The translations under genes and the position numbers were made by a program. This document shows, one piece after another, positions 31,660 through 41,196 of a stretch of DNA of 64,000 nt. Within the stretch, counting starts at the first letter, position 1. Every line of letters begins with the position of its first letter. The DNA is from an uncultured Planctomycetaceae bacterium (lineage in GTDB: Bacteria > Planctomycetota > Planctomycetia > Planctomycetales > Planctomycetaceae), in assembly GCA_963813715.1 (NCBI GenBank), contig CAWFAK010000009.1, forward strand, positions 544,001 to 608,000. The letters run 5' to 3'. The notes beneath the pieces were generated by a model. It did no database searches. It saw only the letters and a program-made list of their open reading frames with translations, and was not told the DNA's origin.

Positions 31660-32149
31660 TTATTTGGGCTCTGCCGTGATGCTCGCTTCGAGTTCCAGTT
31701 GCAGCGCCGCCAATCTCCGCTTCCGCAAGCTGTTGGTCGCGGACCTCAAACGGGCCTTCCCCCTGCAAGCCGGCCAGTTCCAGGATCGTCCCCTCGGCAT
31801 CGCTCCGAGTCTTCGCGATTTGCAGGCGCCGCCGTTGGACGAGCAGGAGGGCCAGCACATAGCGGAACTTTTCGCGGGCCGGGTTCGCGTCTTCGCACAG
31901 TTGTTCGAAGTGTCTCAGCAGGGCGTCTGGATCAAGTACGCGCCGTTTCGGTTGGTCGCGAACGGGGACTGTCACTCGCCAGAAGCCGAGCGCTCCCTCG
32001 GGCGGCCCTGTCCAGGCGCCGGCCGAAAAGTCGAGACGCACCCACTCGTTCCCCTTTTCGATGACAGTCGAGTAGCAGACGTCGCCGGGTCCGAAGGGCT
32101 TCCCGGTCTTCGAGCAGATCTTGCCGAGCGCCTTCAGCTCGTAATCCAT
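31660..32149 (-). CDS. Hypothetical protein (frameshift at about 31715)
   Basis: MDYELK..GKICSKTGKPF...CYS...WVRLDFS...W; FRYVLALLLVQRRRL; end LQLELEASITAEPK lies in the shifted frame. Confidence 0.7.
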
Positions 32150-32306
32150 GGGACCTCTCGAATGACGAACGCCGACCGACTTCCCCAGCGCGCGAAGGTT
32201 CGCACCCAAACGCACGGGGGGCGGATCGTACTTAAACCCTGAAAACGGCTCAAGATGAGACAGACGTCCCAAAGCGAGCTCTACGCCAGCAGTTTCGCCG
32301 GCTAGG

Positions 32307-33344
32307 TCACGACGAGACGGGGCGATCGACCGAGCGTTCCGCGGGCCGCGGAATCCGCTCCAACCAGGGCTTGGGAACCACGGAAGGCTCGGAAACGGGG
32401 GTTGCCGGACGCGGAGCTAATTGGGAGAAGAAATCGACGATGCGGCGGTCGAACTCTTCTGGGTCAACCTCGCGAGCCAAGTTGTGTTTGGCCGTCTTTA
32501 CCAGCCAGCGACGACTTGTGGCCTGCGGAAATTTCTCGAACAGGGCCTCGCTAATTTCCGGGAGAACGTACGTGTCGCGGCCGTCCACGATCATCATCGC
32601 CGAGCGATTGCCCAGCCGACCCAGCCAATCCTCCAGCACGACGTAGCGGCAATGCCGGCGGATCTCGCTGACCCAGCGCGTAAGCAGCAGCGACGTGCGG
32701 ACGTGCCAGATCGGCAAGATCCGCATGAACCATTTCGGGAAGTAGAGCGACGACCAGCGGAGCGTGTAGTGCAACGACATCGTGCTGATCGAGAAGACGC
32801 CCTCGCAGGCGACGCAGCGCACCTCCGGCGATTGGGCTGCAACAACCACGGCCGCCGAGCCGCCACGGCTCATCCCAAAAAGCCCGATCGGCAACTGCTG
32901 CAAATCGGGACGCTGGCGGGCGTAATCGACGGCCGCCCGGGCATCGCGGACTTCGTACTCTGTCAGCCAATGAATGGGCTGATAGCCCGGCAGGCGATCG
33001 CTCTCGCCCTGATTGCGAAAGTCGAAGCTAAAGACTGCAAAGCCGGCTCCCATGAGTGCGCGACAATACCAACCGGCCGACCAGTGGTCGCCGCCGAACT
33101 CGGGGCAAAAAATGACCAGGGCGCGAGGCGGTCCGTTCGTCGGCAGGTGCAGACTGCCGCGCAGCGTGACGCCGTCGGAGCTGGCAAAGGTGACCGGTTC
33201 CGCGGTGGGTGACGGGGCGATCGTGTCAACCGCGAAGGGCGGCGACCGCTCCAGAATCGGCAAGATGGCAAGCACGGCGGTGACGCGGATGATCAGGTCA
33301 ATCACGACCACAACCGCGAGAAAGCCGACAACAACCCACAGCAC
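32307..33344 (-). CDS. Membrane-anchored alpha/beta hydrolase
   Basis: N-terminal TM; FSFDFRNQGES; nucleophile elbow GMSRGG; DGRDTYV (Asp); AKHN (His); starts 7 nt after the fabF stop. Confidence 0.88.
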   Translation of the reverse strand: MLWVVVGFLAVVVVIDLIIRVTAVLAILPILERSPPFAVDTIAPSPTAEPVTFASSDGVTLRGSLHLPTNGPPRALVIFCPEFGGDHWSAGWYCRALMGAGFAVFSFDFRNQGESDRLPGYQPIHWLTEYEVRDARAAVDYARQRPDLQQLPIGLFGMSRGGSAAVVVAAQSPEVRCVACEGVFSISTMSLHYTLRWSSLYFPKWFMRILPIWHVRTSLLLTRWVSEIRRHCRYVVLEDWLGRLGNRSAMMIVDGRDTYVLPEISEALFEKFPQATSRRWLVKTAKHNLAREVDPEEFDRRIVDFFSQLAPRPATPVSEPSVVPKPWLERIPRPAERSVDRPVSS

Positions 33345-33351
33345 GAGCAGC

Positions 33352-34635
33352 TTAGCCTTTATATTCGGCGAAAATCAGGGAGATATTCTGTCCACCAAAG
33401 CCGAAGCTGTTGGACAGCGCGCGCCGCACCGGCGCTTTGCGTGCCGCATTGGGCACGTAATCGAGATCGCAGTCCGGATCACGCGTCTGGTAGTTCATCG
33501 TCGGCGGCAGTACGTCCTCGTTAATTGCCAAGAGACACGTGATCGCCTCGACACTTCCGGCAGCCGCGATCAGGTGACCCATCATGCTCTTGATGCTGGA
33601 GACGGGAATTCCCGGCGCGTGCGTCCCGCAGGCATTCCGAATGGCCATGGTCTCCACGCGGTCGTTGACCGCCGTGCTCGTGCCGTGGGCGTTGATGTAA
33701 TCGAGGTCTTCGGGATTCAGCTCGGCATCCCGCATGGCCATCTTCATGCACATCGTGGCGCCACGGCCCTCGGGGTGAATGTCGGTGATGCGGTAGGCAT
33801 CGGCGCTCGAACCGTAGCCGACGACCTCGCCATAAATATGGGCGCCGCGGGCCTTGGCCCGGTCATGCTCTTCGAGAATCAGCATGCCGGCACCTTCGCC
33901 GAGCACGAACCCGTCCCGTTCTTTATCGAACGGACGCGACGCGTGCGCGGGATCGGAATTCCGAGTCGACAGGGCCGTCAACAGGTTGAAGCCGGTCATG
34001 CCGAACGGATGAATCATGCTGTGTGCGCCGCCGGAGAGCATCACGTCGGCATCGCCGCGGCGGATAATCTCCGAAGCTTCGCCGATCGCCTGGCTGGAGG
34101 CGGCACACGCCGTCAGGCAGTTGAGGTTTGGCCCCTGAGCGTTGAAAAGGTTGGCCAGATGGCCGGCGGGCATATTGGGCTCTTGCTCGAGTTCCCGCTT
34201 GGGATTGAGTTGCTCGAGGCCGGCCTTGGTGAACCGCTCGAGGTCCAGCTCGCCGTTCTCGCGGGCCTGCGAGATCATGTTCATGAAGACGACGAAGTCC
34301 TGCTGCCCTTCGCCGGCCCCCAGATAAACGCCAAATTGCGTCGGATCGAGGGACGAATCGAGCACGCCGGAGTCTTTGATCGCCTGCGTCGCGGCAGCCA
34401 CGGCAAACTGGATGTTGCGGCCGGCCATCTCGAACCGCTTGGCGTCTTTATAGTCATCTTCGAGGTGGAAGTTTTTGACTTCGGCGGCGAATTTGGTGGG
34501 GAAATTGGAGGCATCGAAGAGGCTGATTTTGTCGACGCCGTTGCCCCCTTCTTGCAGCGACTTCCACATCGAGCGAACGTTGTTCCCCACGGGTGTGATA
34601 CAACCCAGCCCAGTTACGACGACGCGTCGTCTCAT
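33352..34635 (-). CDS. fabF: Beta-ketoacyl-ACP synthase II
   Basis: RRVVVTGLG, TACAAS (Cys), NAHGTST (His), KSMMGHL (His), SNSFGFGG. Confidence 0.95.
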   Translation of the reverse strand: MRRRVVVTGLGCITPVGNNVRSMWKSLQEGGNGVDKISLFDASNFPTKFAAEVKNFHLEDDYKDAKRFEMAGRNIQFAVAAATQAIKDSGVLDSSLDPTQFGVYLGAGEGQQDFVVFMNMISQARENGELDLERFTKAGLEQLNPKRELEQEPNMPAGHLANLFNAQGPNLNCLTACAASSQAIGEASEIIRRGDADVMLSGGAHSMIHPFGMTGFNLLTALSTRNSDPAHASRPFDKERDGFVLGEGAGMLILEEHDRAKARGAHIYGEVVGYGSSADAYRITDIHPEGRGATMCMKMAMRDAELNPEDLDYINAHGTSTAVNDRVETMAIRNACGTHAPGIPVSSIKSMMGHLIAAAGSVEAITCLLAINEDVLPPTMNYQTRDPDCDLDYVPNAARKAPVRRALSNSFGFGGQNISLIFAEYKG

Positions 34636-35013
34636 GCGAATTGACCCCTAGACTTTGGCACGGTCCGACGAAAACGACTCGGCCGAAGCGATACAACTGA
34701 AGAGGCAGAGTGTCCCGCTCCGCCTTCCCAGCCTGCCCGCCATGCTTCCGCCAGAACGGCACGATGACAGCCGGTACAGGTCCCAAATAGCACCGGCACG
34801 GATCCCCAGTTTAATAGATCGGTCCCCACGACGGGAAGAATGACCTGGGGCCCCGCCGCCGCTAGCGGCAAATACGGGGTCGTTTCCCGGAGGGACTCGC
34901 CGTAAAATCCGTATCCGACGTGGCTTGTGCCGAACCCTTGGCAACGTTGGGAACCGAAGAGTTCGATAGTTGTCCAGCGCCTCGGCGGGGACATTCACTG
35001 AACGCCTGGTCGA

Positions 35014-35511
35014 CTAAGAGCTGGCCGTTGGCGTTCCGTCCCCGGCTTGGCCCACTTCCAGGATACCCAACAGGCCCATCGAGAAGACAAAGTTCTTCTG
35101 ATCGATGGCCGCCGAGTCGCCGGCTTTGGACTTATCGAGGTGGTTGAAGAGGATCTCCGCCTCCGCCACCAACCGCTCGCCCACGTGCGCCTTGCAGTCG
35201 ACGACACCCCCCTCCGGCCGGATGTCGGTGAGCGTGGCCGTATAGGTCAGGGTGTCGCCCGGGCAGGCCCAGCTGTGAAACGTCACGTGCGGCACTTTGG
35301 CGAGGATCACGATCTCGCTGAAGCCGCTCTTTTCGCCCAGGAGGATGCCGCCCGTTTGGGCCAGCCCTTCCAGGATCAGCGAGCCGGGCATTACCGGAAA
35401 ACCGGGAAAGTGGTCGTGGAGGTGCTCTTCTGCCAGGGTGACGTTTTTAACGGCCTTGGCATACGAACCCGACTTAAACTCCACGAACCGATCGATCCAG
35501 AACCAGCGCAT
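35014..35511 (-). CDS. FabZ-like 3-hydroxyacyl-ACP dehydratase
   Basis: IDR...AVKNVT..E.HL.DHFPGFPVMPGSLILEGLAQ with His and Glu intact. Confidence 0.9.
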   Translation of the reverse strand: MRWFWIDRFVEFKSGSYAKAVKNVTLAEEHLHDHFPGFPVMPGSLILEGLAQTGGILLGEKSGFSEIVILAKVPHVTFHSWACPGDTLTYTATLTDIRPEGGVVDCKAHVGERLVAEAEILFNHLDKSKAGDSAAIDQKNFVFSMGLLGILEVGQAGDGTPTASS

Positions 35512-35557
35512 GAGGCACGTTCTCGGCTCACATCGCGTTGCGGGGCGATTGCCGCCC

Positions 35558-35950
35558 TCAAGTTCCCGAGAGCTTCGTCTCCATGAACTTCACGATCATT
35601 CCGACCGTGAACAGGTCCTGGATGTTCTCGACCTTGGGGTCCTTGGCGAACTTGTCGACGTCGGCGTGCGGCAGGCGCTTGCGCAACTCGGCGATGCCGG
35701 CCTCGGTGAGCGCGCCGTTCTTGGTGAGAGTGGGATCAGCGGCCGCAAAGTTGTCCGGGAACAGTTCGCCGCGGGGAATCTTGACGTTGAACGCCTTCTC
35801 CAGTCGAAAGACGATGTCCAGAAAGTCGATCGATTCGGCCCCGAGGTCGCCCATCAGCGTGGCGTCCATCGTGCATTCGGACTCGTCGGCCCCCAACGCG
35901 TCGACCAGGATTTCGCGCACCTTATCGTAAATCTCTTTCTCGGTCGGCAT
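35558..35950 (-). CDS. Acyl carrier protein, long form (130 aa)
   Basis: DLGAESIDFLDIVFRLEKAF (phosphopantetheine Ser); terminal TVGMIVKFM helix; about 45 aa internal insertion. Confidence 0.92.
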   Translation of the reverse strand: MPTEKEIYDKVREILVDALGADESECTMDATLMGDLGAESIDFLDIVFRLEKAFNVKIPRGELFPDNFAAADPTLTKNGALTEAGIAELRKRLPHADVDKFAKDPKVENIQDLFTVGMIVKFMETKLSGT

Positions 35951-36035
35951 CAGTCTCACCTCCGGTTGAATTCGATCTTCGACAGCATCGTGGCACCGGC
36001 CTGCCTGCATGCCGCCGTGCGCGGGCTGTTTTGTC

Positions 36036-36787
36036 TCAGAATCCGCCCAGCGTCAGGCCCCCGTCCACCCGCAGGACCTGGCCCGTGATGTAAGCGGCTT
36101 CCTCCGTCGCCAGAAAGACGACGGCATGCGCCACGTCTTCTGGTTTTCCCAGCGCTGCGCGGGAATGTGTTTCACGATCTGATCGCCCGCGGCGCTGCGA
36201 ACAGCGATCGTCATGTCGGTCTCGATGAACCCCGGTGCGACGGCGTTCACCGTGATGTTTCGCTTGGCCAGCTCGGTCGCCACGCAGCGGGTGAAGCCGT
36301 CGACGCCCCCCTTGCTGGCAGCGTAGTTCGCCTGGCCCGGATTGCCGAAGTCGGCCGCCACGCTCGACACGTTGATCATGCGGCCATAGCGCTGCGACAT
36401 CATCGGCCGGGTGACGGCCTGGCAGAAATTGAAGACGCCGTTCAAATTCGTGGCGATGACTTCGTTCCAGTGCTCTTCGCTCATCGTCGCCAGGAGCGTA
36501 TCGCGAATCACGCCGGCGTTGTTCACCAGGATGTCGATCTTTTCCCACTTCTCCAGGACGGTCTCGACGACTTTCTCGGCGGCGTTTTTCTGCTTGACGT
36601 CGCACTGGTAGCCGACGACCTCGCGGCCTTCCTTCTTCAGCTCCTCGACCAGTTCGTCGGCCGCCTGCTGATTCGAGTGATAGGCGAAGGCCACCTTGGC
36701 CCCTTCGCGGGCCAGGGCGCAGACGATGGCCCGGCCGATGCCCCGGCTGCCACCCGTCACGATCGCCACTCGCCCCTCGAGTTTCAT
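36036..36787 (-). CDS. fabG: 3-oxoacyl-ACP reductase (frameshift at about 36150)
   Basis: [30 protein letters not shown]-terminal GKPEDVA...[12 protein letters not shown] in the shifted frame. Confidence 0.92.
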
Positions 36788-36838
36788 CTTCTCCAATTCC
36801 CCTTGTCCGATTCGTCGGCCCACTCACGACAGGCCTGC

Positions 36839-37330
36839 TTAAGTGACTGATTCGTCGGCGGGGCCGGTCCAAATTTGCACAAACCGCCGCCGCATTTCGT
36901 CAATGCGGAGTTGATCGGACGGAGCCAAAGCCGCGTTCCGATCCGCCAGGTTGAATTGTTCCAGCGTCACCCGCGCACTGAAGGTCGACTTGCCGTCGAC
37001 GGTTCCCGAACCCTTCAAAATGTATTCGCGATCACCCCGCTCGTGCACGGCCGCGGTAACGGTTAGAGTTCGACCGGGCTGCACGAAGTTGTTGTATTTT
37101 AATGCTTTGGCTTGTTTGAGCAGAATCGTGCTATAGCGGAAATCTTCTGTCGTGCGCATCAGCCAAGCGCTGGTCTGCACCAGGCACTCCAGCATCATCA
37201 CGCCCGGAAGCACCGGATAGCCGGGGAAGTGATCGGCCAGATATTCCTCGGCTGCCGACACGTTTTTGATCGCCGTGATCGACTGCCCAGGCTCCAACGA
37301 AAGGATTCGATCGACCAGCAGGAAACGCAT
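36839..37330 (-). CDS. Second FabZ-like 3-hydroxyacyl-ACP dehydratase
   Basis: MRFLLVDRI...[29 protein letters not shown]. Confidence 0.9.
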   Translation of the reverse strand: MRFLLVDRILSLEPGQSITAIKNVSAAEEYLADHFPGYPVLPGVMMLECLVQTSAWLMRTTEDFRYSTILLKQAKALKYNNFVQPGRTLTVTAAVHERGDREYILKGSGTVDGKSTFSARVTLEQFNLADRNAALAPSDQLRIDEMRRRFVQIWTGPADESVT

Positions 37331-37384
37331 AGCGACTCAAAGCGCCCCCGCCCCGAAGTTTTTGTCTGGGCGCATGACCGCCCT

Positions 37385-37413
37385 TTTATAGTGAGCCTAA
37401 TCCGATTTCACAA
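37385..37413 (-). promoter_or_regulatory. Possible sigma70-type promoter for the fab cluster
   Basis: Minus strand TTGTGA-N17-TATAAA, 54 nt upstream of the ATG at 37330. Confidence 0.5.
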
Positions 37414-37537
37414 CCCGAGGCACGGGCTCAAATCCAATGTCTAAAGTCGAAGGTCCAAGGTCAATTCCGCCGGCGAGGAACGCCGACGAAGCCGACCTTG
37501 GACCTAAGACGAACCGACTTTGGATTCTATCGCGGGC

Positions 37538-38774
37538 TCACTTCGACTCCGTCGGCCAGGGGACCCCGGCGCCGGACCTGGACGCGTCACCGTTCTCGTT
37601 TTGGCGGCGCGGGTTGGCGGCCCCGTCTTTGCCCACCGGCAAACGTTCGGCCTCTGCCTTGCCGACCTGGGTGGCCTGCTGGGCGGAGATCGCCCGGGCG
37701 ATTTGCCGCATTTGCTCCTGGTCGAGGTGGCGGAGGTTCCCCAGTTCGAGCAGCGGTTGCAGCGTGTGGACCGCGCGGGCGACCGTGTTTTCCATCAACA
37801 CGAATTCCATCAGGCCGCGACGGATGCCGTCGAGCGCGTGCACCTGATCCTGAAACTCGTGCTGGATGTCGATCATCATCTCGACCGACTTCAGGGCCTC
37901 GGGCAGGTTCGACTTCTCGCCAGCGAGCTTGGTCTGCATCTGAATCAACTGCGTCGCATTGCGGTCGGCCGCCTCGATCTGGGAACCCTTCTCGGCAAGG
38001 CGGTCACGGAGACCCAGCAGGTGAGTCACATTTTGCTGGGCATCCACAATCTTTCCGCCGCCGAACCACAATTTGATCCTTGAGCGCGAGCAGCCCCTTG
38101 GCCGCTGCGTCGGCCGCCGCCAGATTCGAGGTCCGCTCGATGATTTGGTCCTTCATCGCCAGGAGAGCCTTGGCCCGGTCGTTGGCCGTCGCCAGGTCTT
38201 CCGTGTGTCCCAGAATCTGGGCCTTCAAGTTCGCGAGTTGCGACAGCCCGGCCTCGGCCGCCGTGGCGTCGGCAGCTTCGGTCAGTACGCTGCGCTTGAG
38301 CGTGATCAGCCGGTTGGCGGCTTCCACCGCGTCGTCAGACGTCACGTTCTGCTCGATGAGCTGCTTCTGCAACACGACGACCTGATCAAGGGCCTTGATG
38401 GCTGGCTCAGTCAACTCGCGATTGCGCAGCACGCTCTGTTGCACAGCGGCCAGTTTCTCGACGGACGCCAGGACTTCGCTTGCCTTTTGGCATTCGGCTG
38501 TCAGCTCTTCGCGCATTTGACGCATCGAAGTCAGCGAGTGGCGGGCTTCCTCGAAGACAGCCTGCTGGGCTTTCAGGCCCGACAGCAGGTCGTTGGTGTT
38601 GCGGACCTGATCCCGTTCGCCGACCAGCAGTTGCATGTCGGACTGCATGGAGGCGATTTCCTGCTTGAATTCCTCCATCCGGTCTTTCATCGGACGGACG
38701 ATGCTCAAGTTGACGCCCAGGACGGTCGCGGCCAGGATTGCTGCGAGAAGTTTCAACGAGTCCTCCATCGCCAT
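37538..38774 (-). CDS. Membrane-anchored coiled-coil protein with 24-aa repeats (frameshift at about 38065)
   Basis: N-terminal hydrophobic helix (LLAAILAATVLGVNL); the repeat register carries on across the frameshift. Confidence 0.8.
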
Positions 38775-39043
38775 CCCGCCATTGCGGCCTGACTTTTGAT
38801 TGGCTAACACGGCTCTACCTCCCGGGTGTGTTTTTGGCGTCCGCACTGTCGGGGAACGTCGGCACAGATTGCGCAACGCTCCGCGTACCCTCAGTATCGC
38901 CATTTTTCCCAATCCGATTCGATCAAAACCGGCTGCTTGGCCGGGGGAAGACGATCGGATGGCGGGAGCGCGTTAGAATCAATCCGCTTTAGCGATTGCG
39001 ACGAATTTGCGGGGCAGAATCAGGCTTGAAGGATCAGTTTGCC

Positions 39044-39763
39044 ATGGCGAATGCGGACGCGGAAATTTGGCTGCAGAAGTTGACTCGCCGCGAGTTCCGG
39101 GAACGAATGAGTTCCGGCGAATTGGCCGGATGCATCATCCCCGTGGCGGCCACCGAGCAGCATCTCGAGCATCTGGCGATGGAGCACGACTGGCGCAGCG
39201 TGCTCTACATTTCCGGGGAAGTTGCGCGGCGCCTCGCCCCCCGCGTGCTCGTCGCTCCGTCGATGAACATCGGGATCAGCGAGCATCACATGCGGCACTT
39301 GGGCACGCTCTCGGCGATGCCCGGCCCCTGGCTGGGTGTGCTGCACGACACGATCCGCAGTATGCATCACGCCGGCTTCAAGAACATCCTGGTGCTCAAC
39401 GGCCACGGCGGCAACATCGCCCCCTGCGAGGGAATTTGGGGGCAGTTTCAACAGCGGTTCGAGATCAACCTGCAGTTCCACTCGTATTGGGACTTCCTGC
39501 CGGCCGAGTTGGCGAAAGCTCACCTCAAAACGGGCCGTTTTCCCGGGCACGCGCAAGAGTTTGAGACGGCCTTCGCACTGGCGGCCTTTCCGGAAAATGT
39601 CCGTCACACGGCGATGGCCGACCAGTCCGATCGCGAACCACTGCAAGCAACGGCCGAAACGGGACGCGTGCTGATCGCCGGTATCGTCGACTCCGTGACG
39701 CGATATCTGGCAGGGATGCTCGACGGGACGAATGTCGCCCCGATCCCGCCGTTCATGCCCTGA
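39044..39763 (+). CDS. Creatininase-family amidohydrolase
   Basis: IPVAATEQHLEHLAMEHD, GISEHH, NGHGGN, GHAQEFET. Confidence 0.92.
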   Translation: MANADAEIWLQKLTRREFRERMSSGELAGCIIPVAATEQHLEHLAMEHDWRSVLYISGEVARRLAPRVLVAPSMNIGISEHHMRHLGTLSAMPGPWLGVLHDTIRSMHHAGFKNILVLNGHGGNIAPCEGIWGQFQQRFEINLQFHSYWDFLPAELAKAHLKTGRFPGHAQEFETAFALAAFPENVRHTAMADQSDREPLQATAETGRVLIAGIVDSVTRYLAGMLDGTNVAPIPPFMP

Positions 39764-39817
39764 GCGGCCGCGACATGGGCGGCCCTGAGCGAAGCGGCGC
39801 CGTTCAGTCGCACAAAC

Positions 39818-39850
39818 AAAAAAACCACGCCCCGCGGACGGAGCGTGGTT
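39818..39850 (-). terminator. Intrinsic terminator downstream of the Cys-rich gene
   Basis: Minus strand AACCACGCUCCG-UCCG-CGGGGCGUGGUU-UUUUU. Confidence 0.75.
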
Positions 39851-39870
39851 CGCCTTAGTCTGCCCCAGGC

Positions 39871-40769
39871 TTACGGATGAGTGTAGCCACGAGTCGCCTG
39901 CCAGACGTTGGCGGCGGCTTGCGTGTTGCCGTAGGAACTGGCCGGCAGGTTGGTGTTCGATGCAACTTCCGTCGGCGACACGTTTGCCATCGGCGCCGCG
40001 GGCGGAGCGTACTGCTGGGCCGGAGCCGAGCGATACTGTGGAGCCGGCGCGACGTCCGGCTCACCATTGGCAAACGGCTGCTGCGGCATGTTCGGCGTAG
40101 CCGACGCGATGCCCTGCGACGTAAAGCCGCCAGCCGGCATCTGCTGCGAGAGGGGGAACGGCGCACCGCAGCTCGGAGCCGCAGCCGGGCAGCACGAGCA
40201 CGGAGCGCACGGCACACACGGCGGCTTCAAGTACGTGTGAGTGCACGGAACGTAACGGACGTGGCACTCGGGAATCACCTGCGTGGTGACGTGCGGCACG
40301 CATTGGGTCACCGTATAGGGAACGGTCCGCGAGCAGACCTGCTGGTGATATTCGGTGTACGGGATCTGTTTGACGACCGGGCGGGGGCACCAGACCATCT
40401 TGTAGCAACCCTCGTCGACCGTCACGCAATTGACCTTGGTCACGGGGACCGTCACGCAATACGGTTCCTGGCGATAGCAGGTTTTGCAGACCTGATGGTA
40501 TCCGACGCATTGCTGCGTCCGGTAAGTGGTGTCGCAGACCGGCTTGAACGTCGTGCAGGTGCAGATGTCGGGCGGCGGGCACGGAGCACAACACGGGGCC
40601 GGAGGACAACACGTGGGCGGAGCGCAGCACGTGGCCGGGCGCCGCAGGACGCAGCGGGTGGCGCGACGCAACCCGGTGCCTGACCGAAGATGTTCGCCGG
40701 CTGGACGAGCCCCACGGCCAGCACGAGCAATCCGGACGATCGCAGAAATCCCCGAGAGAAACTGAACAT
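39871..40769 (-). CDS. Secreted Cys/Pro-rich YTV-type planctomycete protein (frameshift at about 40640)
   Basis: Signal peptide in ORF 40452..40769, then CCAPPTCCPPAPCC and PYCVTVPVT / IPYTEY / VPYTVT beta-type repeats in ORF 39871..40875. Confidence 0.75.
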
Positions 40770-41196
40770 CGGTCGTGGCTCCTAATGAAGTGCGTAGTCG
40801 CGCCCGCGGGATGAGCGTGCCGACCTTTGCGGAAGTGAGAAGACCCGCCCGCCGACGCGAAGGCGCATCGCCCAATCTGGCGGTTCTCCTCTAGGGCTTT
40901 ATCGGAAGATTCGGCAAAGGTTCTTCAACAGAAAAAATCGATCCAGCCGGAATAGCCGGACTGGTCGGCGACGGGCTGTGGCGGTTGGGACGAGCCCCCG
41001 GAGCGGACGCCTGCCGTCGAGAGAGCCGCCGCCGAGGGCAACGCCTCGCGCGCGAACGTTCTCCCAACTCGACCCGAACCGCCGCAACCGAGAAGTTTGC
41101 GTGGGGACTTCGCCCGGCGGTAAATTAGCTCCCGGACGCTAATTCACCCGAATCTGACCTCGATCGCCGCGATCCCCTTCTAGGCGGAGCGATTCG

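Noticed and set aside
34636..35013. Small ORFs or a riboswitch in the gap before fabF
   Set aside because: ORFs look random and only short hairpins are present; a lone TAAACT (34808-13, minus) lacks a -35. Left unannotated.
33352..37330. Ladderane or aryl-polyene cluster as a firm call
   Set aside because: No radical SAM, methyltransferase, chain-length factor, ligase or glycosyltransferase genes in the window.
40899..40928. Sigma28-like promoter (TGAAG...TCCGATAA, minus) upstream of the YTV-type gene
   Set aside because: Spacer is about 2 nt longer than the consensus; too weak to list as a feature.
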